Assembly: GCF_009914755.1 (NCBI RefSeq)
Contig: NC_060937.1
Reading direction: 5' to 3' (one strand)
From: the human T2T-CHM13v2.0 reference genome, Homo sapiens
Length of the DNA: 64,000 nucleotides
Position 1 is the stretch's first letter. Every line of letters begins with the position of its first letter. A model generated the notes under the pieces. The model made no database searches, was not told where the DNA came from, and saw only the letters and a program-made list of their open reading frames with translations. This document shows positions 1-16,852 of the stretch, one piece after another. The translations under genes and the position numbers were made by a program.

Positions 1-1072
1 GGGCACATGGGCACATGGATGTGCCATTGGCTCAACCACCCTGGGATCTGGAGGATGGTGGCCTTCATCTCATAGTTCTACTAGGCAGTGACCCAGTGAA
101 GACACTGTGTGGGGGCTCCAACCACTCATTTCCACTCCATACTGCCCTAGTAGAGGTTTCCTGTGAAGGCACAACCCCTCTCAGCAGGCTTCTGCCTGGA
201 CACCCAGGCTTTTCAGATATATCCTCTGAAATCTAGGTGGAGGCTCCCATGCCTCATCTCTTGCATTCTGCACACCCACAACATTAACACATAGAAGTCT
301 CCAAGGCTTACAGCTTGCACTCTCTGAAGCAGTGGCTGGAGTTGCAACTGGGCCCTTTAAGCCACAGCTGAGACTGGAGCTGGAGTGTCTGGGATGCAGG
401 GAGAAGTTTCCTGAGGCTGTACAGGGCAGTGGGGCTTCAGGCCTGGCCCAGGACACCATTCTGTCTTCCTAAACTTGTGGGCATGTGGTGGGAGGGGCTG
501 CCTCTTAGATCCCCTAAATTCCTTTGAGGCCATTTCCCATTGTCTTGGCTATCAGACTTGCTTCCTTTTTAGGTATGCAAATTTCAAAGCCTGCTTGAAT
601 TTCTACCCTGAAAATGGACTTTGCTTTTTTACCACGTGGCCAGGCTGCAAATTTTTCAAATGTTTACACCCTACTTCCCTTTAAATATAAGTTCCAACTT
701 ATTTATATGCTCCTGCATCTGTGTATAGGCGGTTAGAAGCAGTCAAGCCACATCTTGGACACTTTGCTGTTTAAAAGTATCTTCCACCAGATACCTTAGG
801 TCATCACTCTAAAGTTCAAACTTTCACAGATCCCTAGGTAATGAACAGAATTCAATCAAGCTGTTTGTTAAGGCATAACATGGGTGGCCTCTGCTCCAGT
901 TCCCAATAAGTTCCTTATTTCAGTCTGAGACCTCCTCAGCCTGGACTTCATTGTCCATATCACTATCAGTATTTTGATTACAACCATTGAATCAGTCTTT
1001 AAGAAGTTTCAAACTTTCCCTCATCTTCCTGTCTTCTTCTGAACCCTCCAAAATCTTCCAACCTCGGCCCAT
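1..1072 (-). mobile_element. MaLR (MST/THE1-family) internal region, truncated
   Basis: Matches recalled MaLR-int sequence (aaatctaggtggagg..., cagcctggacttcattgtccatatcact). Collinear with the MST-int copy at ~24740-25660. Ends abruptly where L1 sequence starts. Confidence 0.85.
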
Positions 1073-1871
1073 GTGCCTACACCACAAGAGCCCTGGGTTT
1101 CAGGAACAAAACTGGGTGACTGTTTGGCAGACACCAAGCTAGCTGCATAAGTTTTTTTTTGTTTTGTTTTGTTTTGTTTTTGTACCTCAGTGGTTCCTGG
1201 AATGCCAGCGAGACAGAACTCTTCACTCCCCTGGAAAGGGGCTGAAGCCAGGGAGTCAAGTGGTCTTGCTCAGTGGATCCCACCCCCACAGAGCTCAGCA
1301 AGATAAGATCCACTGGCTTGAAATTCTCACTGCCAGCACAGCAGTCTAAAGTTGACCTGGGATGCTTGAACTTTGTGGGGGGAGGGGCATCCATCATTAC
1401 TGAGGCTTGAGTAGGTGGTTTTCCTCTCACAGTGTAAACAAAGTTACTGGGAAGTTCAGACTGGGCAGAGCCCACCACAGCACCGCAAAGCCGTGGTAGC
1501 CAGACTACCGCCCTAGATTCCTCCTCTCTGGGCAGGACATTGCTAAAAGAAAGGCAGCAGCCCCAGTCAGGGGCTTATGGATAAAACTCCCATCTTTCTG
1601 GGACAGAGCACCTGGGGGAAGGGGCAGTTGTGGGTGCAGCTTCAACAGACTTAAACTTTCCTGCCTGTCAGCTTTGAAGAGAGCAGTGGATCTCCCAGCA
1701 CAATGCTCAAGCTCTGATAAAGGACAGATGGCCTCCTCAAGTGTGTCCCTGATCCCTGAGCCTCCTGATGGAGAGACACCTCCCAGCAGGGATCGACAGA
1801 CAACTTATACAGGAGAGCTCCAGCTGGCATCTGTTGGGTGCCCCTCTGGGACAAAACTTCCAGAGGAAGGA

Positions 1872-1970
1872 GCAGGCAGCAATCTTTGCTGTTCTGCAGC
1901 CTCTGGTGGTGCTTCCCAAGCAGACAGCAATCTTTGCTGTTCTGCAGCCTCCGATGGTGCTACCCAGGCA
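1872..1970 (+). repeat. 48-bp tandem duplication in the L1 5'UTR
   Basis: cagcaatctttgctgttctgcagcct begins at 1877 and again at 1925. Confidence 0.9.
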
Positions 1971-2151
1971 ACAGGGTCTGGAGTGGACGCCCAGTAAACT
2001 GCAGTAGACCTGCAGAAGAGGGGCCTGTTAGAAGAAAAACTAACAAACAGAAGCAATAGCATCAACATCAAAAAAAAAAGAGTTTGACCAAACAAAAACT
2101 CCATTCAAAGGTCACCAACAGCAAAGACCAAAGGTAGATAAATCCACGAAG

Positions 2152-3168
2152 ATGAGGAAAAACCAGTGCAAAAGGGCTGAAAATTCCAAAAACCAGAATG
2201 CCTCTTCTCCAATGGATCACAGCTCCTCACCAGCAAGGGAACAAAACTGGATGGAGAATGAGTTTGACTAATTGACAGAAGTAGGCTTCAGGAGCTGGGT
2301 AATAACAAACTCCTCTGAGCTAAAGGAGCATGTTCTAACCCAATGCAAGGAAGCTAAGAACGTTGATAAAAGGTTTGAGGAATTGCTAACTAGAATAACC
2401 AGTTTAGAGAAGAACATAAATGACCTGATGGAGCTGAAAAACACAGCACAAGAATGTCATGGAGCATGCACAAGTATCAATAGCTGAATTGATCAAGTAG
2501 AAGAAAGGATATCAGAGATTAAAGATCAATTTAATGAAATAAAGTGTGAAGACAAGATTAGAGAAAAAAGAATGAAAAGGAATGAAAAAAAGCCTCCAAG
2601 AAACATAGGCCTATGTAGAAAGAGCAAACCTACATTTGATTGGTGTACCTGAAAGTGATGGAGAGAATGGAACCAAGTTGGAAAACACACTTCAGGATAG
2701 TATGCAGGAGAACTTCCCCAACCTAGCAAGATAGGCCAACATTCAAATTCAGGAAATACAGAGAACACCACAAAGATACTCCTTGAGAAGAGCAACCCCA
2801 AGTCACATAGTCGTCAGATTCACCAAGGTTGAAATGAGGAAAAAATGTTAAGGGTAGCCAGAGAGAAAGGTTGGATTGCCCACAAACCCATCAGACTAAC
2901 AGCAGATCTCTCTGCATAAATCCTAACAGCCAGAAGAGAGTGGGGGCCAATGTTCAACATTCTTAAAGAAAAGAATTTTCAACCCAGAATTTTATATCCA
3001 GCCAAACTAAGCTTCATAGTGGAAGGATAAATAAAATCGTTTACAGAAAAGCAAATGCTGAGGAATTTTGTCACCACCAAGCCTGCCTTACAAGAGCTCC
3101 TGAAGGAAGCACTACATATGGAAAGGAAAAACTGGTATGAACTACTGCAAAAACAAACCAAAATGTAA
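2152..3168 (+). pseudogene. L1 ORF1p remnant (stops and frameshifts)
   Basis: ATG at 2152 (atgaggaaaaaccag). Peptide TEVGFRSWVITNSSELKEHVLTQCKEAKN. Frame is broken. Confidence 0.9.
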
Positions 3169-3231
3169 AGACCATCAACATTATGAAGATACTGCATCAA
3201 CTAATGGGCAAAATACCCAGCTAGCATCATA

Positions 3232-6200
3232 ATGACAGGATCAAATTCACACATAATGGTATTAACCGTAAATGTAAATGAGCCAAATGCCCCAATTAAA
3301 AGACACAGACTGGCAAATTGGATAAAGAGTCAAGACCCATTGGTGTGCTGTATTTAGGAGACCTATCTCATGTGCAAAGACACACATAGGCTCAAAATAA
3401 AGGGATGGAGGAATATTTATCAAGCAAATGGAAAGCAAAACAAAGCAGGAGTTGCAATCCTAGTCTCTGATAAAACAGATTTTAAACCAACAAAGATAAA
3501 AGGGAAAGAAGCGCATTACATAATGGTAAAGAGATCAATGCAACAAGAAGAGCTATACAGAAGCACCCAGATTCATAAAGCAAGTTCTTAGAGACTTACA
3601 AAGAGACTTAGACTCCAACACAATAATAGTGGGTGTCGTTAACACCTCACTGTAAATATTAGACAGATCAATGAGACAGAAAATTAACAAAGATATTCAG
3701 GACTTGAACTCAGCTCTGGACCAAGCGGACCTAATAGACATCTATGGAACTCTCCACCTCAAATCAACAGAATATACATTCTTCACAGCATCACATCACA
3801 CTTATTCTAAAATTGACCACATAATTGGAAGTAAAACACTACTCAGCAAATGCAAAATAATGGAAATTATAACAATCTTTCAGACCACAGTGCAATCAAG
3901 TTGGAACTCAGGATTAAGAAACTCACTCAAAACCACACAACTATATGGAAACTAAACAACCTGCTCCTGACTGACTACTGAGTAAATAACGAAATTAAGG
4001 CAAAGTAAATAAGTTCTTTGAAACCAGTGAGAACAGAGACACAATGTATCGGAATCTCTGAGACACACCTAAAGCAGTGTTTAGAGTGAAACTTATGGCA
4101 ATAAATGCCCACAGGAGAAAGCAGGAAAGATCTACAATCGACACCCTAACATCACAATTAAAAGAACTAGAGAAGCAAGAGCAAACAAGTTCAAAAGCTA
4201 ACAGAAGACAAGAAATAATCAAGATTACAGCAGAACTGAAGGACATAGACACGAAAAACCCTTCAAAAAATCAATGAATCCCAGAGCTGGTTTTTTGAAA
4301 GAATTAACAAAATACATAGATCGCTAACCAGACTAATAAAGAAGAAAAGAGAGAAGAATCAAATAGACACAAGAAAAATGATAAAGGGGAGATCACTACT
4401 GATCCCCCAGAAATACAAATTACTGTCAGGGAATATTATAAACACCTCTACACAAACAAACTAGAAAATCTAGAAGAAATGGATAAGTTCCTGGACACAT
4501 ACACCCTCCCGAGACTAAATCAGGAAGAAGTTGAATCCCTGAATAGACCAATAATAAGTTCTGAAATTGAGGTAGTAATTAATAGCCCACCATCTAAAGA
4601 AAGCTCAGGACCAGATGGATTCACAGCCAGATTCTTCCAGTGGTACAAGGAAGAGCTGGTACCATTCCTTCTGAAACTGTTCCAAACAGAAAAAGAGGAA
4701 CTCCTCACTAACTCATTTTATGAGGCTAGCATAATTCTTATACCAAACCTGGCAGAGACACAATAAAAAAGAAAATTTCAGGCCAATATCCCTGATGAAC
4801 ATCGATGCAGAAATCCTCAATAAAATATTGGCAAACTCAACCCAGCAGCACATTGAAAAGCTTATCCACCATGATCAAGTTGGCGTCATCCCTGGGAGGC
4901 AAGCCTGGTTCAATGTACGCAAATCAATAGATGTAATCCATGACATAAAGAGAACCAGTGACAAAAACCACGTGATTATCTCAATAGAGGCAGAAAAGGC
5001 CTTTGATAAGATTCAACATCACTTCATGGTAAAAACACTCAATAAACTAGGTACTGATGGAAGATATCTCAAAATAAGAGCTATTTTTATGATAAACCCA
5101 CAGCCAATATCATACTGAATGGGTAAAAGCTGGAAGCACCCCCTTTGAAAACCGGCACAAGACAAGGTTGCCCTCTCTCACCACTCCTAGTCAACATACT
5201 ATTGGAAGTTCTGGCCAGGGAAATCAGGCAAGAGAAAGAAATAAACGGTATTGAAATAAGAAGAGAGGAAGTCAAATTATCTCTGTTTGCAGATGATATG
5301 ATTATATATTTAGAAAACCCCATTGTCTCAGCCCCAAATCTCCTTAAGCTGATAAGCAACTTTAGCATAAAGTCTCATGATACAAAATCAATGTGCAAAA
5401 ATCACAAGCATTCCTGTACACCAATAATAGACAGAGAGTCAAATCATGAGCAAACTCCCATTCACAATTACTACAAAGGGAATAAAATACCTAGGAATAT
5501 AACTTACAAGGGATGTGAAGGACCCCTTCAAGGAGAACTACAACCACTGCTCAAGGAAATAAGAGAGGACACAAACAAATGGAAAAACATTCCATACTCA
5601 TGGACAGGAAGAATCAATATCATGAAAATGGCCATACTGCCCAAAGTAATGTATAGATTCAATGCTATTCCCATCAAACTACCATTGACTTTCTTCACAG
5701 AATTGTAAAAAAAAACTTTAAATTTCATATGGAACCAAAAAAGAGCCCATATAGCCAAGAAAATCCTAAGCAAAATAGAACAAACCTGGAGACATCACAT
5801 TATCTGACTTCAAACTGTACTGAAAGGCTATAGTAACCAAAACAGCATAGTACTGATACCCAAACAGATATATAGACCAATGGAACAGAACAGAGGCCTC
5901 AGAAATAACACCACACATCTACAACCATCTGATCTTTGACAAATCTGACAAAAACAAGAGATGGGGAAAGGATTCCCTATTTAATAAATGTTGTTGGGAA
6001 AACTGGCTAGCCATATGCAGAAAACTGAAACTGGACCCCTTCCTTACACCTTATACAGAAATTAACTCAAGCTGGGTTAAAAATTTAAACGTAAGACCTA
6101 AATCCATAAAAACCCTAGAAGAAAACCAGGCAATACTATGTAGGACATAGGCATGAGCAAAGACTTCATGACTAAAATACCAAAAGCAATGGCAACAAAA

Positions 6201-7000
6201 GCCAAAATTGACAAATGGGATCTAATTAAACTAAAGAGCTTCTGTACAGGAAAAGAAACTATCATCAGAATGAATAGGCATAGAGAACGGGAGAAAATTT
6301 TTGCAATCTATGCATCTGACAAAGGGCTAATATCCAGAATCTACAAGGAACTTAAACAAATTTATGAGAAAAAAACAACTCAATCAAAAAGTGGGTGAAG
6401 GACATGAACAGACACTTCTCAAAGGAAGACATTTAGGCAGCCAACAAACATATGAAAAAGAGCTCATCACTGGTCATTAGAGAAATGCAAATCAAAACCA
6501 CAATGAGATACCATCTCATGCCAGTTATAATAGCAGTCATTAACAAGTCAGGAAATAACAGATGCTGGAGAGGATGTGGAGAAATAGGAACGCTTTTGCA
6601 CTGATGGTGGGAATGTAAATTCATTCAACCATTGTGGAAAATAGTATAGCAATTCCTCAAGAATCTATAATCAGAAATACCATTTGATCCGGCAATCCCA
6701 TTACTGGGTATATACCCAAAGGATTATAAATCATTCTACTATAAAGACACATGCACACGTATGTTTATTCCAGCACTATTCACAATAGCAAAGACTTGGA
6801 ACCAACCCAAATGCCCATCAATATAGACTGGATAAAGAAAATTTGGCACATATACACCATGGAATACTATGAAGCCATAAAAAAATGAGTTCATGTCCTT
6901 TGCAGGGACATGGATGAAGCTGGAAACCATCATTCTCAGCAAACTAACCCAGGAACAGAAAACCAAACACCGCATGTTTTCACTCATAAGTTGGAGTTGT
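3232..7000 (+). pseudogene. L1 ORF2p (APE endonuclease / reverse transcriptase) remnant, disrupted
   Basis: Start atgacaggatcaaattcacac. Fragments [17 protein letters not shown] and LFADDMI lie in many separate ORFs. Confidence 0.92.
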
Positions 7001-9369
7001 ACTATGAGAACATACGGGCACAGGGAGGGGAACATCACACACCAGAGCCTGTCGGTGGGTGGAGGGGCAAGGGAGGGATAGCATTAGGAGAAATACCTAA
7101 TGTAGATGACAGGTTGATGGGTGTAGCATACCACCATGGCACGTGTATACCTATGTAACAAACCTGCACATTCTGCACATGTATCCCAGAACTTAAAGTA
7201 TAATTAAAATAAAAAATAAACCCTGATATGCTACTTTTTGTCAGAATAATGCTAATAATACACAGGAAATACCTTAGTTATTTCTAAGCAGCAGACCCTG
7301 AGGCAAGTATAAAGGTAAGGATTTGATTTATTTAGAGGATGCAATTCAAGAGCAGTTAAGGGAAGCAAGGAAAGATGAAAAAGAATGGAATGCATTGCAT
7401 TACTGTGCTGGTAACTGCTCCTCAATCTACTGCAGAGGCATAGAAAGTCCCTCAACAGACCTGTGGTATGCAGGAATTCACCAAAGTTTATGGAAGAGTA
7501 GTTAACAGAAGGGAAAAATGGGGAGGTATTTATCTGCTTTACTGTCTGTCATAAGAAGTTTCCTATTGTTTCATTCTCACCCCATAGGGACAAACTCCCC
7601 TTCACTTTACAGGCTGCCTAGTCCACTCACATGGAGGCTACTTGTGAAGCCAGATAACGCACACAGATATGCTGAATTCTTGGAGTCTGGCAGCAAAGGA
7701 GGAGTTTGCTATTTCTGAGGAGCTAATCCATGAGGAGAAAGGAGACAGTTAACAGCACCTAAGAGAGTAAGAAAACCCAAAAGGTTTTTATTCTTTATGT
7801 TTGATTGCAGTACATACAAAGAGTTTAGCTTATTAGCTTTTCAATGATTACCTAATATTAGCAAATCACTCATAGTAATTCATTTCAGGAACAAATTAGA
7901 ATAAAGCAATGCATCTATATCTCTTGAAACAACAACAACAAAAAGAATTTGGAAAAACTTGGTAGCCTTTCTGCATTTTAAACAAAAGTCTATATAAAGA
8001 AAAATATAACAAAAGTATATAAACATTATGTTAAAACTACTACAAACCTATAGTAATTAACTTAATAAATATTAATGGTATAAAGCAGGCTGTACAAATT
8101 GAATTGTTTTTGAAGTTATATCTAACAATAATACAAGAAAATGAAGTAATATAAATCAGATATAAGGATTATTTTAAATTTTGTATATTGTTACATACCT
8201 ATAAAAATCTCTTAGAAATATTTTGAAGTTTATATGAAGAAAAGCTATTACTCATATTTAAAATTTATAAGACATTATATATCATAGCAGAATACATAAT
8301 AAATATGTAGAAACCAATAACTTTCCTCAATGGTAGTAATAATCAGTTAGCAATAAAAAAGAAAAAATAAAATTTAGACCACCACATTAAGGGCTAGCAG
8401 TTTATAGAGTAAGATGCTGTTCAGTGTGTTCAAGGCACAGGGACAAAAGTAACTATAATCAAAAGAATAACATTTTTCACCAATCTGCTAAGATGAAAAT
8501 TGTTGCATTTATTTAGATTTTGTTTACAGTGTTGCACCTAAACAACTTCTTCATGAGGGTGAATGTACCTATCGAACCTTTTTGGTTTTTTTTTTTATAG
8601 CATTAAGTGTATTAACATCATTTTAAACAGGTGAACACAAGTATAGTGCTTTTTGTTGACCTATACTAACACATGAATACTGCAGAGCAATCCTAGGGTA
8701 GGATGGGGGAAAGGAAATAGAGAAATGCCTTCACTGCTCTCTGTGAAAAATGAATGTCTTCAACGTGATATGTTTTGCTAATTTTTTAAATTTTATAGGC
8801 CAGAAGAAAAGCTTAGATATTTTCATAATATTTGTTATTGACCAAGTAGGGATTCAAGTAGTTAGGATAGTAGCCATAATACCAATTAATTGATAAAGCC
8901 AATAAATTAATACTGCTAAAATTCTTCTTTTAGAGTTTGTTTAGGCATTCCTAATTTCCACTTCTACCCTCTCAAATATCTGGATGTTTTCACATTCTTA
9001 AATAAGGAGCCAGTAGAAAACCAGAAGCTTGCACCATTGAGTATAGAAAAAAGAGTATTAAGAAATGAAAAAAATTAAAAGCACATATTAAAAGGGTCAC
9101 AGCATAATCCCTAGAAGTGTTTAATTTTGAGCACAACTGTACCCTGAAGACCCCAGGAAATGATACGCTTTTTCCCACCAGCAACACAGTCACTTGAGTA
9201 TTTCTTTCACACCTGCATTAGAAAAAAAGACAGGGCATACCGCTTAATATTGTTGTTATCTAAACCACACGTGGTAGTTTATATTTTGCACAGAAAACCC
9301 AAATAATAAGTCAAATTTATTTTTACAAAAGTAATTTATTTGTTCTACGAATAAAAGTAACTGTTGATC

Positions 9370-9580
9370 ATTTGTGCCAATCACCATGCTAAGCATTTAA
9401 ACAAAATTATCTCATTTTTACTCTCCCAGTGACCCAAGATGTTATTGTCCAATTTTACAGATGAGAATAGTAAATATATGGGGCTTATGGAAGTTGGCTA
9501 AGTGTATACACAGCTAGGAAGTGGTGGAAATACGATTCAATTTAGATTTAACTCCAAAGTTTTAAGTTCTAAACTGCAAT
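9370..9580 (-). mobile_element. MIR SINE remnant
   Basis: MIR core words: ttttacagatgag, cacagctaggaagtgg, ctccaaag. Confidence 0.6.
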
Positions 9581-10656
9581 GCAATACTGCCTTTTCCATA
9601 GAAGACTTTTGATTCTAGAGAATTTAAGTCAACTCATTTGTTTACATAGTCAAAAATTAAAATTCCAGATATACTGAAATTTTTAGTATTGATGGAAATT
9701 CACTGTATAGTAGATTGATCACCCTGCCAGAAATAGTTCAAAAAGCTGACTATTTCTATTAGCTTCTAAAACTGAAGAGAGGTCCATTCTTTGTAAGACC
9801 CTTTTTTTAAAAAAAAGAAAAAAAATCACAATTTTAGGGCCATTCTATTAGTGATGGTTAATTAAGAATAAAACTAAATTCTCAGTTACATAGAAATAGT
9901 AAATCCTGATATTTTCTCTACTGAAAGAGTGCAAAAAACAAAGCAGCCCATTTCTTCAGTGTCATTTAAATTGAATTTCTATGATAACTTTGGAGTGAAA
10001 GTGGAGCTCATATGTTAATATTTGGCCCTATGTAAATTAGACTATAAATTTAGTAAGTAAATTATTCACTTTTCACCATAGTTATATTTGTTATGAAAGA
10101 AAAATAATAGCGGATAACTTTTTTAAAAAACACTTTTCTTGATTTTTATTATCTCTTGGACACTACCATACTCAGGACAGCATTTATCTTCCTGCACGCT
10201 AGAAAACTCATAGCCAAAGGGATGAGAGAAAAGTCACTTATAGCCCTCAAGCTGAAATAGCTTCAGGCTGATATGATGTCATTAATACACCTCAGAATAT
10301 CTGATTTTTAAAGTAATTCTACCATGCCTTGTATATTGTGACTATACTTAAGAAATTGGGACAGCTCCAAAATCAAACTTCTTGATAAGATGTATAAATC
10401 AAGAATAATAGTTATTACTTCTTTGAAAAACTCTTACAATAAAAAAAAGATTATATTTTTGGCACAAATTTAGCTAATAAAGCATCGTTATTCATTTAGT
10501 CAACTCATGGGTTTTTTGCCCCATTGTATATTGCATTGCATTATATTTAATTAGGGGTCAAATCTTGATTTTGTGATTGTTATTTTTCATGAAATAAGTA
10601 GATTATATTAGTTGTTTTTAGTGTAAATAACACATTAATAAAAGATGATGTAATTA

Positions 10657-10674
10657 TAGAGCTATGACATTTTC
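10657..10674. repeat. Target-site duplication, left copy (tagagctatgacattttc)
   Basis: Identical to 20493-20510. Confidence 0.95.
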
Positions 10675-10904
10675 TTTTTTTTCTTTTTTTTATTATTATA
10701 CTTTAAGTTCTAAGGTACATGTGCATAACGTTCAGATTTGTTACATATGTATACATGTGCCATGTTGGTGTGCTGCACACATTAACTTGTCATTTACATT
10801 AGGTATATCTCCTAATGCTATCCCTCCCCCCTCCCCCCTCCCCCCACCCAACAACAGGCCCATTGTGCGATTTTCCCCTTCCTGTGTCCAAGTGTTCTCA
10901 TTGT

Positions 10905-14700
<3,796 letters not shown>

Positions 14701-14763
14701 TATGATGTTAGCTGGTTATTTTGCTCGTCAGTTGATGCAGTTTCTTCCTAGCCTTGACGGTCT

Positions 14764-15779
14764 TTACAATTTGGCATGTTTTTGCAGTGGCTGGTACCGG
14801 TTGTTCCTTTCCATGTTTAGTGCTTCCTTCAGGAGCTCTTGTAGGGCAGGCCTGGTGGTGACAAAATCGCTCAGCATTTGCTTGTCTGTAAAGTATTTTA
14901 TTTCTCCTTCACTTATGAAGCTTAGTTTGGCTGGATATGAAATTCTGGGTTGAAAATTCTTTTTTTAAGAATGTTGAATATTGGCCCCCACTCTCTTCTG
15001 GCTTGTGGAGTTTCTGCTGAGAGATCAGCTGTTAGTCTGATGGTCTTCCCTTTGTGGGTAACCCGACGTTTCTCTCTGGCTGACCTTAATATTTTTTCCT
15101 TCATTTCAACTTTGGTGAATCTGACAATTATGTGTCTTGGAGTTACTCTTCTTGAGGAGTATCTTGGTGGTGGTCTCTGTATTTTCTGAATTTGAATGTT
15201 GGCCTGCCTTGCTAGCTTGGGTAAGTTCTCCTGGATAATATACCACAGAGTGTTTTCCAACGTGGTTCCATTCTCCCCGTTACTATCAGGTGCACCAATC
15301 AGATGTAGATTTGGTCTTTTCACATAGTCCCATATTTCCTGGAATCTCTGTTCATTTCTTTTTATACTTTTTTCTCTGAAACTCTCTTTTCGCTTCAATT
15401 TATTCGTTTGACTTTCCATCCCTGAAACCCTTTCTTTCACTTGATCGAATCAGCTACTGAAGCTTCTGCATGCGTCACGTAGTTCTCATGCCATGGTTTT
15501 CAGCTCTATCAGGTCCTTTAAGGACTTCTTTGCATTGGTTATTCTAGTTAGCCATTCATCTAATCTTTTTTCAAGGTTTTTAACTTCTTTGAGTTGGGTT
15601 CAAACTTCCTCCTTTAGCGCGGAGAAGTTTGATCATCTGTAGCCTTCTTCTCTCAACTCGTCAAAGTCATTGTCCGTCCAGCTTTGTTCCGTTGATGGTG
15701 AGGAGCTGCATTCCTTTGGAGGAGGAGAGGCGCACTGATTTTTAGAATTTTTAGTTTTTCTGCTCTGTTTTTTCCACAT
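14764..15779 (-). pseudogene. L1 ORF1p remnant
   Basis: MWKKQSRK...ELREEGYR* has a premature stop at 15633. Downstream ORF contains EIWDYVKRPNL...RLTADLSAET. Confidence 0.92.
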
Positions 15780-15824
15780 CTTTGTGGTTTTATCTACGGG
15801 GGGGGGTCCCCTGTAGGGGGGGAT

Positions 15825-16230
15825 ACCCATCACAGGGAGTGCAGGCACCCCCCGCGAGGCAGGGATTGAGAGCCAGCCCCTCTTCCCCCCCGGCTCTTAG
15901 GACCCCCCTCGCACTGGGGGTAGGCATCTCCCGCGAGGTGGGGACTGAGAGCCAGCCCCTCTTCCCCCCCTGGCTCTTGGGACCCCCATCGTAGGGTGGG
16001 AGGCACCGCCCGCAAGGCGGGAACTGAGTGCCAGCCGGTCTCCCCACCCCCGGCTCTTGGGACCCCCATCACAGGAGCGGGAGGCACCCCCCGTGAGGGT
16101 GGGGACTGAGAGCCAGCCCCTCCTCTGCCAATGACTGTTAGGAAACCCATCGCAGGGTGGGGAAGCACCCCCTGTGAGGCGGGAACTGAGAGCCCGCCCC
16201 TCTTCCCCCCTAGCGTAGGACCCCCATCGC
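15825..16230. repeat. GC-rich ~79-bp tandem repeat, block A (~5 units), SATR1/SATR2-like
   Basis: Unit is approximately ggacccccatcgcagggggggaggcaccccccgcgaggcggggactgagagccagcccctcttccccccctggctctta. Confidence 0.92.
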
Positions 16231-16852
16231 GGATCCTAAGATCTTTAGGACCCACCTGGAGGACTGTGGGTATTAGGTGTCCAAGAAGAAAGCTCAAATC
16301 TGTCAACGGCAGGTACCTTACTAGGGATTTACTCTCCCACAGGGTTCCGAAGGCAGCCCGGGAACAGAAAGAAAGCAGGTTATTTGCAATCTACCGGAGC
16401 CTAAGGGCATAAGGCAGGTGAGAGAATTCTTAGGAGCTGTGGGGTTTTGTAGACTGTGGATCCCAAACTTTGCAGTGTTAGCCAAGACTTTGTATGAGGT
16501 CACAAAGAGGGCAGGGACCGGGAACCTTTGGAATGGGGATCCCAACAACAGCAAGTCTGTCATGAGTTAAAGGAAAAACTTCTGGCAGCCCCAGCCCTGG
16601 GGCTACCCGATCTGACAAAGCCTTTTCCATTGTATGCGTCAGAGAGAGAAAAGATGGCAGCTGGACTTTTAACCGAAACTGTGGGGCCCTATCTGAGGCC
16701 GGTGGCCTACATCTCTAAACAACTAGACAGGGTTTCTAAAGGATGGCCCCTTTGTTTGAGGGCCGTGGCAGCAACTGCCCTGCTAGTAAAAGAAGCAAAT
16801 AAGCTGATTCTTGGGCAAAACCTGAACATAAAGGCCCCCCCATTTTGTGGTG
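16231..16852 (+). pseudogene. pol: Class I (gammaretroviral, HERV-E-like) pol fragment, copy 1: RT thumb and connection region
   Basis: Peptides REFLGAVGFCRLWIPNF, APALGLPDLTKPF, RPVAYISKQLD and GWPLCLRAVAATALLV. Contains stops and a frameshift, with no YxDD motif and no LTR. Confidence 0.92.

Larger units (their letters stand above)
1074..7220 (+). mobile_element. Near-full-length LINE-1, L1PA7/L1PA8-like, 5'-truncated within the 5'UTR
   Basis: Continuous 5'UTR, ORF1, ORF2, 3'UTR (cagaacttaaagtataa) and A-rich tail. The ORF track gives ORF1p/ORF2p peptides such as [12 protein letters not shown] and LFADDM. Confidence 0.95.
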
